A DNA stretch of 64,000 nucleotides from the NCBI RefSeq assembly GCF_004010195.1, contig NC_057719.1, positions 70,730,692-70,794,691 of the forward strand, written 5' to 3'. This document shows, piece by piece, positions 38,671-50,344 of the stretch. The notes under the pieces are model-generated. The model had not been told where the DNA came from. It saw nothing but the letters and a program-made list of their open reading frames with translations, and did not search any database. The translations under genes and the position numbers were made by a program. This stretch comes from Chiloscyllium plagiosum (Eukaryota). Position 1 is the stretch's first letter. Each line of letters begins with the position of its first letter.

Positions 38671-41598
38671 TCTTCGAGTGGGTTTAAACTAATTCAGCAG
38701 GGAGATGGGAACCAAAATTGTAGTTTGAGTATACTGGAGGTTGAGAGTAGTGAGGTCAAAACTAAGCTTTCAAGGTTGCAAGAAGATATTAGCAAGCAAG
38801 AAGTTGGTTTGAAAGTGTGTCTACTTCAACGACAGGAGCATCCGGAATAAGGTGGGTAAACTTACAGCAGGGATTTCAATGTTGTGGTCATTTCAGAGAT
38901 ATGGGTAGTGCAGGAACAGGAATGGTTACTGCTGGTTCTGGGATTTAGATGTTTCAATAAGAACAGAGAAAATGGTAAAAGAGGAGGTGGTGTGGTATTG
39001 TTAGTCAAGGACAGTATTTTCATTGCAGAGAAGACATTTGAGGACCCATCTACTGAAGTAGTATGGGCTGAGATTAGAAACAGGAAAGGAGTGGTTACCC
39101 TTTTGGGAGTTTTCTATAGGCTCCAAATAGTTCCAGAGATGTAGCAGATAGGATAGCCAAGATGATCCTCGATAGGAACAAAAGTGACATGATAGTTGTT
39201 ATGGGGACATTAACATTCCAAATATTGACTGGAAATGCTATAGTTCGAGTATTTTAGATGGGCCAGTTTTTGTCCAATGTGCTCAGGAAGGTTTCCTGAC
39301 AACAGTATGTAGATAGGCCGACAAGGGATGAGGTCACATTAGATCTGGTACTAGGTAATGAACCTGGCCAGGAGTTAGATTTGGAGGTAAGTGAGCACTT
39401 TGGTGATAGTGACCACAATTAAGTTATGTTTACTTTAGCGATAGAAATGGATAGGTACCTCAGGGCAAGAGTTATCACTAGGGGAAAGGCAATTACGATG
39501 CGATTAGGCAAGCTTAAGGATGTATAGGATGGAGAAGGAAACTGCAGGGAATGGGCACAATTCAAATGTGTAGCTTATTAAAGGACAAGCTACTGCAGGT
39601 CCTTGATGAGTATGTACCTGTCAGGTAGGGAGGAAGTTGTTGTGCACAGAAGCCGTGGTTTACTCAGGAAGTTGAATCTCTTGTCAAGACGAAGAAGAAG
39701 GCTTATGTTAGGATGAGATGTGATGGCTCAGTTAGGGCACTTGACAGTTACAAGTTAGCCAGGATAGACCTAAAGAGGGAGCTAAGAAGAGCTGGGAGAG
39801 GACTTGAGAAGTCATTGGCAGATAGGATCAAGGAAAACACTAAGGCTCTTTATAGGTATATCAGGAATAAAAGACAGACTAGAGTAAGATTAGGGCCAGT
39901 CAAGGATAGTAGTGGGAGGTTGTGCGTGGAGTCAGAGGAGATAGAGGAAGTGCTAAATGAATATTTTGTGTCAGTATTCGCACTAGAAAAAGATAATGTG
40001 ATCAAGGAGAGTACTGAGATACAGGCTACTAGACTAGATGGGATTAAGAAACTCAAGGAGGAGGTGTTAACAATTCTATAAAGTGTAAAAACAGATAAGT
40101 CCCCTGGGCCAGAAGGGATTTATCCTAGGATTCTCTGGGAAGCCAGTGATTAGATTGCCAAGCCTTTGGTTTTATCTTTATGTCATCGTTGTCTCCAGGA
40201 ATAGTGTCAGAAGACTGGAAGATAGCAAATGTTGTTCCCTTGTTCAAGAAGGGGAGTAGAGACAACATAGGTAATTATAGACCACTGAACCTTACTTCGG
40301 TTGTGGGTAAAGTTTGGAAAGGGTTATAAGAGATATGATTTATAATCATCTAGAAAGTAATAAGTTGATTAGCAATAGTCGACACGGTTTTGTGAAGGGT
40401 AGGTTGTGCCTCACAAACCTTATTGCGTTATTTGAGAAGGTGACCAAACATTGATGTAGTGTATATGGATTTCAGTAAGGCATTTGATAAGGTTCCCCAT
40501 GGTTGGCATGGTAGGCAAAATACGGAGGCATGGGATTGAGGGTGATTTAGTGGTTTGGATTAGACATTGGCTAGCTGAAAAAAGACAGACGGTGGTGGTT
40601 GATGGGAAATGTTCATCCTGGAGTTCAGTTACTCGTGGTCTACTGCAAGGATCTGTTTTGGGGCCACTGTTGTTTGTCATTTTCATAAACAACCTGGATG
40701 AGGGCACAGAAAGATTGGTTAGTAAATTTGCAGATGATACTAAGGTTGGTAGAGTTGTGGATAGTGCCAAAGGATGTTGTGGGTTACAGAGGGACATAGA
40801 TAAGCTGCGGAGCTGGGCTGAGAGGTGGCAAATGGAGTTTAATACGGAAAAGTGTGAAGTGATTCACTTTGGAAGGAGTAAAAGGAATGCAGAGTACTGG
40901 GCTAATGGTAAGATTCTTGGTAGTGTAGATGAGCAGAGAGATTTCGGTATCCAGGTACATAGATCCTTGAAAGTTGCTACCCAGGTTGATAGGGTTGTAA
41001 AGAAGGCATACAGTGTGTTAGCTTTTATTGGTAGAGGGGTTGAGTTTTGGAACAATGAGGTCATGCTGCAGCTGTACAAATCTTTGATGCAGCCACACTT
41101 GGAGTATTGTGTACAGTTCTGGTCACCATATTATAGGAAGGATGTGGAAGCTTTGGAGATATACTAGGATGTCGCCTGGTATGGAGGGAAGGTCTTATGA
41201 GGGACTTGAGGTTATTTTCATTAGAGAGAAGAAGGTTGAGGGTGAAGTAATTGAGACATGTAAGATAATGTTAGGGTTAGGTATTTTGGACAGTGAGAGC
41301 CTTTTTCCTCAGATGGCGATGGCAAGCACAAGGGGACATATTTAAGTGGAGGGGTGATAGATATAGGACAGATGTCAGAGGTAGTTTCTTTAATCAGAGT
41401 AGTATGGGCGTGGAACGCATTGCCTACAACAGTAGTAGACTCGCCAACTTTAAGGGCATTTATATGATCATTGGATAGGCATATGGACGAGAATGGAAAA
41501 TTTGTAGGTTAGATAGGCTTCAGATTTGTTTTACAGGTCGGCACAACACCAAGGGCCAAATGGCCTGTACTGCGCTGTAATTTTCTATGTTCTATGTT
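38671..41598 (+). mobile_element. CR1 LINE with nearly complete, disrupted ORF2 (APE endonuclease + RT)
   Basis: VYFN..SIRNK, VVISEIW, RGGGVVLLVK, GVFYR and EHFGDSDH (endonuclease). ORF 40484-41167 has QGSVLGPLLFVIFINNL and SKFADDTKVG (RT). (TTCTATG)n tail; 6-bp TSD CTAGGC (38665-38670 and 41599-41604). Confidence 0.95.
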
Positions 41599-43240
41599 CT
41601 AGGCAGGTTAAATGCAGAAAGAATGTTCTCAATGATCATGGAATCCCAAACTAGGAGTCACAGATACTGGATAGCCATTTAGGACTGAAATAAGGAGAAA
41701 TTTAATCTCCCAAAGAGTAGTGAACTATGGAATTCTCTGCCACAGAAAGTAGTTGAGGCCAAAACACTGAATATTTTCAAGAGGGAGTCAGATATAGACA
41801 TTAGCAATAAAGGGATCAAAAAGTATGGGGCAAAAATGGGAACAGGGTACTGATTGGATGATTCGCCACAGTTATATTGAAAGGCAAAGCAAACTTGGGG
41901 TACTGAATGGCCTCCTCCTGCTTAAATTTCTATATTTATATATTTCTCTGACTGCATTTCAGAAATACAAAGCCAAATAACATTTTCATGTTAGTGACTG
42001 ATTACATTTGCTAAGCTGACATGACGAGGAGGCAATTAGTGCAAACAATGTAATGATCAGGATTGCTTGAAGCTATAATTTGCAATGTTCGTTCTTGGAA
42101 AATGAATAATCTGCTGATGAAGTGCAATTGGATGCCAGATAGGTGGCATTACTGAATCAATGGATGCACAATTAATCAATTGCCTCTAGCAGAGCTTCAC
42201 ATTCAAACAATTTTACTCTGCCCCTAAAAAATAAAACAGTAATTTACTCTACCCACACTTGCTGCAATGGTAGCTATTTTATGTGGTTATTGTGTAGCTG
42301 ACAGGATCAAATGTGGCAGATATGTTCTCATGTAGGCTCCACCTAGAACTCAGGATGATCCCTCCATCATTCATGTTCATACTTATGTCACTGTCCCTAT
42401 GGCCCTGATTATCTTTCAGTCTCCCTCCCATTTCTATTTATTTCCTTTATTAATGTTTAATGCCTCCAATTTACTTCCTGAACCTTGCAAATCATAATGC
42501 CCTTGTTCGCCACACACTCATCCCACCAAGAGGCCAGCGTGATTATAATAATGTGAAAATACCCCATTTCAGAGCTCTCAACCTTGTTATAGTTATGAGA
42601 TTATAGCCTTCTGTCACAAATTGCCCCTTTCATTGTAATTAACTCATTAGCCAACCAAACCATAGAAGCCCATCCTTGAGTTTTCCATTATCCCCAGGAC
42701 TCCATGGATCAGACAAGCCGCCTGATCATAATTGTTCTCAGGACTGACTGTGGCCAATCTGACTTGCCAGCACAGCCCAATTGAGCATGGCCATACCCTG
42801 AACTGACAGCGCCATGCTACCCAAAATGACCTACTTGTAATCCCCAGACTGGTTGCACTTTTGCCTGCAAAGACTGACCATGGCCCAATCTCCTTATTGC
42901 AAATACTCAGATCCCCAACTGTAGTCAGGCCAAACACCTGATTGACCATAATCAACACACTCGACTGGAATCGGTGAGCTCCCTCAAGCAATGACTGCTG
43001 TGCCCCTTCGCTCCACTGGTCTCTTTTGACATTTAGACATGGCTATTTGGCTGAAGAACAGGCAGTATAATTACTGGTTCATGCTGTAAGTGTGATGTTG
43101 ATGTAGCCTGGTGCCATACTGACGTGTCATTCAGTCATCTAGTCATACAGCATAGAAACAGAATCTTCAGTACTACCAATCTGTACTGAAAATGTGTTGC
43201 TAGAAAAGCGCAGCAGGTCAGGCAGCATCCAGGGAACAGG

Positions 43241-43278
43241 AGAATCGACGTTTCGGGCATAAGCCCTTCTTCAGGAAT
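43241..43278 (-). ncRNA. Minimal hammerhead motif in left arm
   Basis: AUUC-CUGAAGA-A-GGGC-UUAU-GCCC-GAAAC-GUC-GAUUCU. Confidence 0.7.
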
Positions 43279-43763
43279 GAGGAAAGTTTGTCCAGCAGGC
43301 TAAGATAAAAGGTAGGGAGGAGGGACTTGGGGGAGGGGCGTCGGAAATGTGATAGGTGGAAAGAGGTCAAGGTGAGGGTGATAGGTCAGACTGGGGGTGG
43401 GGGCGGAGAGGTCGGGAAGAAGATTGCAGGTTAGGAAGGCGGTACTGAATTCGATGGATTAGACTGAGACAAGGTGGGGGGAGGGGAAATGAGGAAACTG
43501 GTGAAATCCGAGTTCATCCCTTGTGGTTGGAGGGTTCCTAGGCAGAAGATGAGGCGCTCTTCCTCCAACCGTCATGTTGTTGTGGTCTGGTGATGCATAT
43601 CCTTGGTGGAGTGGGAGGGGGAGTTGAAGTGTTGAGCCACAGGGTGGTTGGGTTGGTTGGTCCGGGTGTCCCAGAGGTGTTCTCTGAAACGCTCCGCAAG
43701 TAGGCGGCCAGTCTCCCCAATATAGAGGAGGCCACATCGGGTGCAGAGGACGCAATAGATGAT

Positions 43764-44142
43764 NNNNNNNNNNNNNNNNNNNNNNNNNNNNNNNNNNNNN
43801 NNNNNNNNNNNNNNNNNNNNNNNNNNNNNNNNNNNNNNNNNNNNNNNNNNNNNNNNNNNNNNNNNNNNNNNNNNNNNNNNNNNNNNNNNNNNNNNNNNNN
43901 NNNNNNNNNNNNNNNNNNNNNNNNNNNNNNNNNNNNNNNNNNNNNNNNNNNNNNNNNNNNNNNNNNNNNNNNNNNNNNNNNNNNNNNNNNNNNNNNNNNN
44001 NNNNNNNNNNNNNNNNNNNNNNNNNNNNNNNNNNNNNNNNNNNNNNNNNNNNNNNNNNNNNNNNNNNNNNNNNNNNNNNNNNNNNNNNNNNNNNNNNNNN
44101 NNNNNNNNNNNNNNNNNNNNNNNNNNNNNNNNNNNNNNNNNN
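43764..44142. other. Assembly gap (379 N)
   Basis: Direct read. Confidence 0.99.
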
Positions 44143-44276
44143 GACCTCTCCGCCCCCACCCCCGTCTGGCCTATCACCCTCACCTTGACCTCTTTCCACC
44201 TATCACATTTCCGACGCCCCTCCCCCAAGTCCCTCCTCCCTACCTTTTATCTTAGCCTGCTGGACAAACTTTCCTC

Positions 44277-44314
44277 ATTCCTGAAGAAGGGTTTATGCCC
44301 GAAACGTCGATTCT
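44277..44314 (+). ncRNA. Minimal hammerhead motif in right arm
   Basis: AUUC-CUGAAGA-A-GGGU-UUAU-GCCC-GAAAC-GUC-GAUUCU (U-G wobble in stem II). Confidence 0.7.
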
Positions 44315-47300
44315 CCTGTTCCCTGGATGCTGCCTGACCTGCTGCGCTTTTCCAGCAACACATTTTCAGCTCTGATCTCCAGCATCTGCAGACCTCACTT
44401 TCTCCTCTACCAATCTGTACTGCCCATAATCCAAAACTAAACTAGTCCCACTTGCCTGCCCTTAGCCTATATCCCCTCAAACATTTCTTATTCATGTACT
44501 TATCCATATATCTTTTAAACATTGTAACTGTACCCTCATCTGTCACTTCCTTTGAAAATTCATTCCACACCCAAACCATGGTGTAAAATAATTGTCCCTC
44601 ACTTCTTCTTAAACCTTTCTCCTCTCACCTTAAAGTATGTCCCTTAATCTTGAAATCCCCCACCCCAGGTGCAAGGTACCTACCACTCACCTTATCTGTA
44701 CCTCTCATTATTTTATAAACCTCAATGAGGTCACCCCTTAATTTTCTATGTTCCCAGTGAAAAAAGTCCCAGCCTATCCTCCTTATAACTCAGACCCTCT
44801 GTTCCTGACAACATCCTGGTAAATCTCTTCTGAACCCTCTCCAGCTTAATAATATCCTTCCTATAACAAAGGGACCAAAACTGGACACAGTACCCCAGAA
44901 GAGGCCTCTCTCAATGTCCTGTACAACTTCAACAAAACGCCCCAACTTCTATACTCAAAGGGCTGAGCAACAAAGGCTTGTGTATTAAATGCTTTCTTAA
45001 CCACCCTATCTCTATGTGATGCAAACTTCAAAGAATTACGTATCTGAACCCTTAGCCCTCTCTGTCCTACAACACTGCCCAAAGCCTCACTTTTAATTGT
45101 ACACATCTTGCTTTTGTTTGTTTTACAAAACACAATACCCAGCATTTATCCATACTAAATTCCATCTGCCACTTTTCATCCAATTGATCAAGATCCCTTT
45201 GTCATCTTAGATAGCGTTCTTATTGCCCCCTATACTACCAATCTTAGTGTCATCCACAAATGTCCTTGCCTTCAGTGCTACCAACCATGTCAAACTACCC
45301 TCTTCTCCCTCTGCAATGTAAGCCATAGAAACTTGCAGCCTCAAAGTGAGCGAGCACTAAGAAGTGAAGCTAAGAGCCAGATCCTTTATTAATACATGAA
45401 ATGCCTATATGTCCCTGCAAAGAAAATGACCTACCCGATGCATACAAGTCCAGCAGTCTCTGAGCACTAAAGTAAAGTGGTGAAGGGCCAAAGTGTGTGT
45501 GAGTTTGACTGAGAGAGGCATGATGATATGGTGAGGCTATGTTTGCCAAATGCGTGGACGAAGGGTGGAGGAGGATAGTGTTCATGGAGCATGCAGGGAC
45601 TTTGTGGTGAAGACTGAGTTGGGTGAAAGCTCAGACAAGCAAATGACAAACTGCAGTCATCAGAGAAGAAGCTGCCTTTCAGTTTGAAAATTAGCGTAGC
45701 ATAGACGTGAGACAAGTTAGAGAAGTTCGAAGGCATGGAAATAAGGTCATTACCATTTAATAGTGACAGCCTGAAGCCACATGTTAAAGCTTAAGGGGAA
45801 ATCTGTTTTATTTTTTCAAATGCATGGTTCCTATTTTGTCATTCTCATTATATTTTCACAACTTTCTTGCTGTTGTCCACACTGCTCCAGGGAGGGGGAG
45901 TTTCCATCCATTACTTTTGTTCTTCTTCCAATTACAAAAACGTTTGTGCAAATTCATTTTATGATGTGAGATATTATGTTGTAATGTTTTGTGACAGACT
46001 CCTTTCACTGTGCTAAGGATCTCAGTTTAGGTTCATTATGTTTCCCAACCCGAGGACTGTGTATTCTGGTTTTTGTTTCTATTATTTCCTGGCAAAGGCA
46101 TATTGTTCCAAGTGTAAAGTTCATATAAGTGAGTAACACATTGTTGTAAGAATTTTTTTGTCAATGTAACTGACAGTAGTGAAACAAATGACTTCAACTT
46201 TAAATTGCAATTTTAAGATGCACTCCAGGAGGATTCTGTCCAATATAAAATGTTAGAAATTCCATTTAGTTTTTTTATAGATTTCTGCTAAGCCAGAAGA
46301 GGTGGTGAATTAACAGTTACAATCTGCCCATCACTGTTAAATGATCTCTAAAGTCTCAAAGTGGCTCTCAATCAATCAGAATGACTATCTGCTAAAATAC
46401 TTTTCTGAGGAGGTAATACTGGAACAAAACAAATGAAAACTAAATTACAAAATGTCAGAAATTGATAATATTTTGCTCAACATAATCATGTCTTAAATCA
46501 ATATCTGAAATCAATGTTGTCAACCAGTAAAGCTGTATTGAGTCAATTTTGACAGTACTGGCAAACCTCCAATTTCACTTATGGTATTGACTCACATCAA
46601 TCCACTGACATAAATAATGCATTGGACGGGAGAAAAGATGACCCAGAGCCATTTCACAATTTTCAAAAATGGGGCTCTTCTCAACAACATAAAGATAACA
46701 GCAAAATATGTCCTTGGAGGGAAACAATATGTTAATCAATAAATTGGTCAATAAGTCATTCTACACGAGCTTTGACAGAAAATTAGGAAGGGCACATTAC
46801 CTGATCATTCTTCCCTGTCAAATTACATTCCTCCCTATAGAAGTTTTCAGATATTTTTGCTAATATTTCTTGACATTCATCTTTTGGAGGTATTTTTCAA
46901 GTCTTGCAGACATAGTATGTATATTTAGCCATTCCAATTGTCTGATCAACAACGCACCATTTGTAGGAATATGCTGAATTGTGTTTGTCTCAACACTGGT
47001 TTTCGGGGTTATCAGCTATTAATTCATTGGTATTATTATGACCTGTTAACTTGAATAAGGAAAAATATTCACTGTGATGTGTTATTTGCTAATTTGAATA
47101 AACATTTAGAAAATTTCTAATGAACCAAACAATTATGTTCATTGGATTGGGAGGCTGAAGAAATGATTACACTGAAAGAAATCATGTTACAATGAAAAGA
47201 TAGGCCTCATGGAGTCAATGGAGAGACTGAGAGCTCTGGGAAGTGGTATTCCCACAGGTCACAGTCATTCTGGCCTCTGTGTGAGGAGGTTGTAGGGTCA

Positions 47301-48329
47301 ACATGGGTATGGGAACTTTCAAAGTCATGGGCTCAGGAAGGACACTGGGAACATTAATGGTTATACATAAGGCTGCATGGAAAATGGGGGAGATATTGAA
47401 GTGTCTCCTGGGCCATAGGGATAGCAACACAAAAGGCTCAGATGGGCTGGATGACCATCCTAGATCATCCCACGTGATCTGAAATTTTATCTCTGCAGCG
47501 TGTTTCATGTAGCAACTAGGAACCTATATGACATCTTCCAAATTTCAAAACATAAGTACATCTGCAATCTAAGTGATGCCATTTCCTCCAGATCACAGCT
47601 AATTACACCCTTTCTGCATGACGCAAAATGCAAAGGACATGTGGATCTTGTTGCTTTTGCAGGCCTTGATTTTTCTGATCATAAGTTAATGTTTTATTAA
47701 ATTATCTGATTGTACGTTTGATATCTTTAGGTGATCCTACTTTTGATGATCTAAACATTACAAACCCATTAAGGAAAAGGCAGCAGTCAGGGAGACAGTG
47801 CACTAATATCACATGGCAATAAGTTTAAAGCTCTAGTCAGCGTATCTTAACTGAGTGTTGGGATTTGAAGTCTCTCATGATGCCAGCAGTTTAAAGGGAA
47901 TCCTGAGACATCTCCTTTTGGCCTTTGTATTGTTGTTTTGTCATCAACGTAGCAGAGTACAATGTAGCAGAGAATGTTAAATTACTCTGAAATGCTTAAG
48001 CAAACCTTAACCTGAGAGAAACAGCGCTTTGTGCAGTTTTTCTCTGTAGGCCATTGCCCTATGAGGGAGACTAGGTATGTGAACTTCCCACTGCATATCC
48101 CCCTGCCTTGAATGATAGTGCATTCCCTCAAAAAACTCATAAATAGAATAATCCTTTCCATGTAGAGGTGCTGACGATTGACCCTTAGTATCTATTTTTC
48201 TTTTTTTCCCCTCTCACTACATCTAAATGTAGTCCTGGATTCTGCAGCTAGGGTGGAGGGAGTCTGCTCTACAGCTGACCTTTTGAACTGCAAAATCTGG
48301 ATGATTGTCCCAAAGAGTGTTTGGACCGA

Positions 48330-48520
48330 GAGGGCCCAGGTCTATTGAGACCATCATACCCAGATGCAAAGTCACTTAACTGGAATTTTTGCAAGCTTTA
48401 AAATCACAGGCAGAAGGGGCAATAAAGCGACAAGCCATCTCCTGCAGTGCCCTGAGAGAAAGTGTCTGGAGTGTGCTGTGTATGGCCTCCCCTCTATATG
48501 GGTGCCTGCGGATACCAGTC
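48330..48520 (-). pseudogene. Possible Harbinger transposase N-terminal remnant
   Basis: RRHPY...LPVILKLAK../FASGY resembles RRRPY...LPVAVKVT.ALNFFASG. Heavily decayed. Confidence 0.4.
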
Positions 48521-48749
48521 TGACTTCCTAAGAGGAAGGGGCACTTTGAGTGACATCGATGTCCCATAGCTCTTCTTGCCTTGCTATTGATGCTAAACAA
48601 CTGTAGCTAGAGTGATGGATTCTAGATCCATTCAGTTAACTGGCAGGCACAGGGTACTGGGCCTTGTTTTCCAGAGTGGTCACCAGCCTCTCCATGAATA
48701 CAGCCAATGCACACATGCCAAAGCCAGAACAGTACTGCTAATACAACAA

Positions 48750-50340
48750 CATGAGAAATAGTTGTAGGAGTAGACCATTCAGCCCTGTCATTCAACAAGA
48801 TTATAGCTAATCTGTCCCTGGCCTCAACTCCTCATTCATGCCAATTCTGGTAAGGTCTCAACTTCCTAATAAATTGGCATTCATCTTTCTATATTTAAAG
48901 AGTTTCAATGATATCGCCTCCATAACTCTGTCTCTCTCAACCCCTTGTTACATATTTCCAACCTGGAAAAGATCCATTAATTCTGACTCTGTTTTCTCTC
49001 TTAACTAATCCTCAATCCATGCTATTACCCCCCCCACCCCCCCAAACTATAAACACCTATCTTCTGCAATAACCTTTGGTGTAATCTTTCTTCCAGACAT
49101 TTATCATCCCCTGGGAGAAGCAATTCTTTCACATTTCAATTTTAAATGAGTATCCCACAATTCTGTACCTGTGTCCCTAGTCTGCAATTCCCCCACTAAT
49201 GAAAACATCTTTTTAACATGTACTCTATTAAATCCCTATAGAATCTTGCATGTTTTAATAAGATCATTGCTCATTCTTCTCAAGTAATTAACAAAAACCT
49301 AACCTGTTTAGCCATTCTTGATAAGCTGACCCTTCATCTCAGGAATCAGCTCAGTGAGTCTCTTTCTAATTGCTTCGAATGTCAGTACATCCTTTTTTTT
49401 AATTTACAAAAAAATCTCACCATAACCCTAAACAGTTTTCATAAGACTTCGTTTTTGAACTCCAATGCAATAAAGGCCAAAATTCCATTTGCTTTCTTAA
49501 TTAATTGCTGCACCTGCATCCTAATTTTTTGTGTTCCATGATCAAGAAGACTCAGATCCACCTACACTACACTTTTTAAAGAGTCTCTATCTTTAAATAA
49601 TCTGTCTTTTAATTCTTCCTACCAAATGCATGACCTTTGCTATATTCAGCTCCATCTGCCACAATTTTTGTCCATTCACTCAATCAATTCCATTCACTCA
49701 ATCTATTCCTCATCACAACGTGTCCTCCCACTATTTTGTAACAACAACAAATTTAGATATATTTCACTCTGCCCTTTCTTTCAAGACATAAATATAGATC
49801 ATAAATAATTGAGGCCTGACCCTTTGTGGCACTTTCTAACCTGAAACAGATCCATCAGTCCTGACTCCCTGTCTTCTGAATCTCAATCCATGCTCATACA
49901 TTATCCCCAATATTGTGAGCTCTTATCTTTGCAATAATCTTTTATGCGGCACCTTATCAAAGGCTTTCTGAAAATCCAAACAAACTACATCCACTGGTTC
50001 CCTTTATCAATTCTGCTTTTTATATTTTCAAAACAACTCATGTAAATTTGTCAAACATGATTTCCCTTTCACAAAATCATATTGACTCTGTTTGGTTGTT
50101 AAGCTTCCCTAAAAAATGGGCTCCAGCATTTTCTCAATGAAAGATATGAAGCTCATTGGTCTGTGGTTCCCTTCTTTCTGTCTCCCTCCCTTCTTGAATA
50201 AGGGTGCATATCAATGGTTTTTCAACCTGCTGAAACCTTCCTGGAATCCAGTAAGTTCTTGAATATTTTCATCAAAGTCTCTGCTAACTCTAAGGGCACT
50301 TCCTTTAAATCCCTTACATGTAAGCCATCAGGTCCTGATC
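48750..50340 (-). mobile_element. Old CR1 LINE (3' end plus RT region)
   Basis: 3' UTR GGAGTAGACCATTCAGCCC and decayed RT blocks (CACCTTATCAAAGGCTTTCTGAAAATCCA; TCAAACATGATTTCCCTTTC). Confidence 0.78.
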
Positions 50341-50344
50341 GTTT

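Larger units (their letters stand above)
37450..41945 (+). mobile_element. Old CR1 LINE RT/3' region, split by an HE1 SINE and a younger CR1
   Basis: Decayed CR1 RT at 37450-38350 continues at 38631-38670 and again at 41605-41945, ending in the 3' UTR. Confidence 0.8.
43189..44406. mobile_element. Penelope-like element with inverted terminal arms and a GIY-YIG endonuclease remnant
   Basis: Minus strand 43595-43763 reads IIYCVLCTRCGLLYIGETGRLLAERFREHL...PVAQHFNSPSH (GIY-YIG). Arm ~43186-43413 is the reverse complement of ~44143-44370. Perfect 16-bp TSD CTACCAATCTGTACTG (43173-43188 and 44407-44422). Confidence 0.93.
43128..45260 (-). mobile_element. CR1 LINE 3' part split by the Penelope element (tail at 43128-43172, body at 44423-45260)
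   Basis: (AGTCAT)n tail before the insertion and the CR1 3' UTR/ORF2 end after it. ORF 44861-45145 reads LGSVVGQRGLRVQIRNSLKFASHRDRVVKKA. Confidence 0.85.

Noticed and set aside
40484..41167. 227-aa reverse transcriptase ORF as a functional gene or prokaryotic retron-type system
   Set aside because: It is part of a CR1 ORF2 with stops and frameshifts on both sides, in a eukaryotic context.
42132..42152. CTCF-like word GCCAGATAGGTGGCATTA
   Set aside because: Spacing does not fit the core consensus, and a single motif is not evidence.
43459..44337. Long ORFs of 192-246 aa in the ORF track
   Set aside because: Artefacts of reading through the N gap. Only the GIY-YIG segment at 43595-43763 is meaningful.
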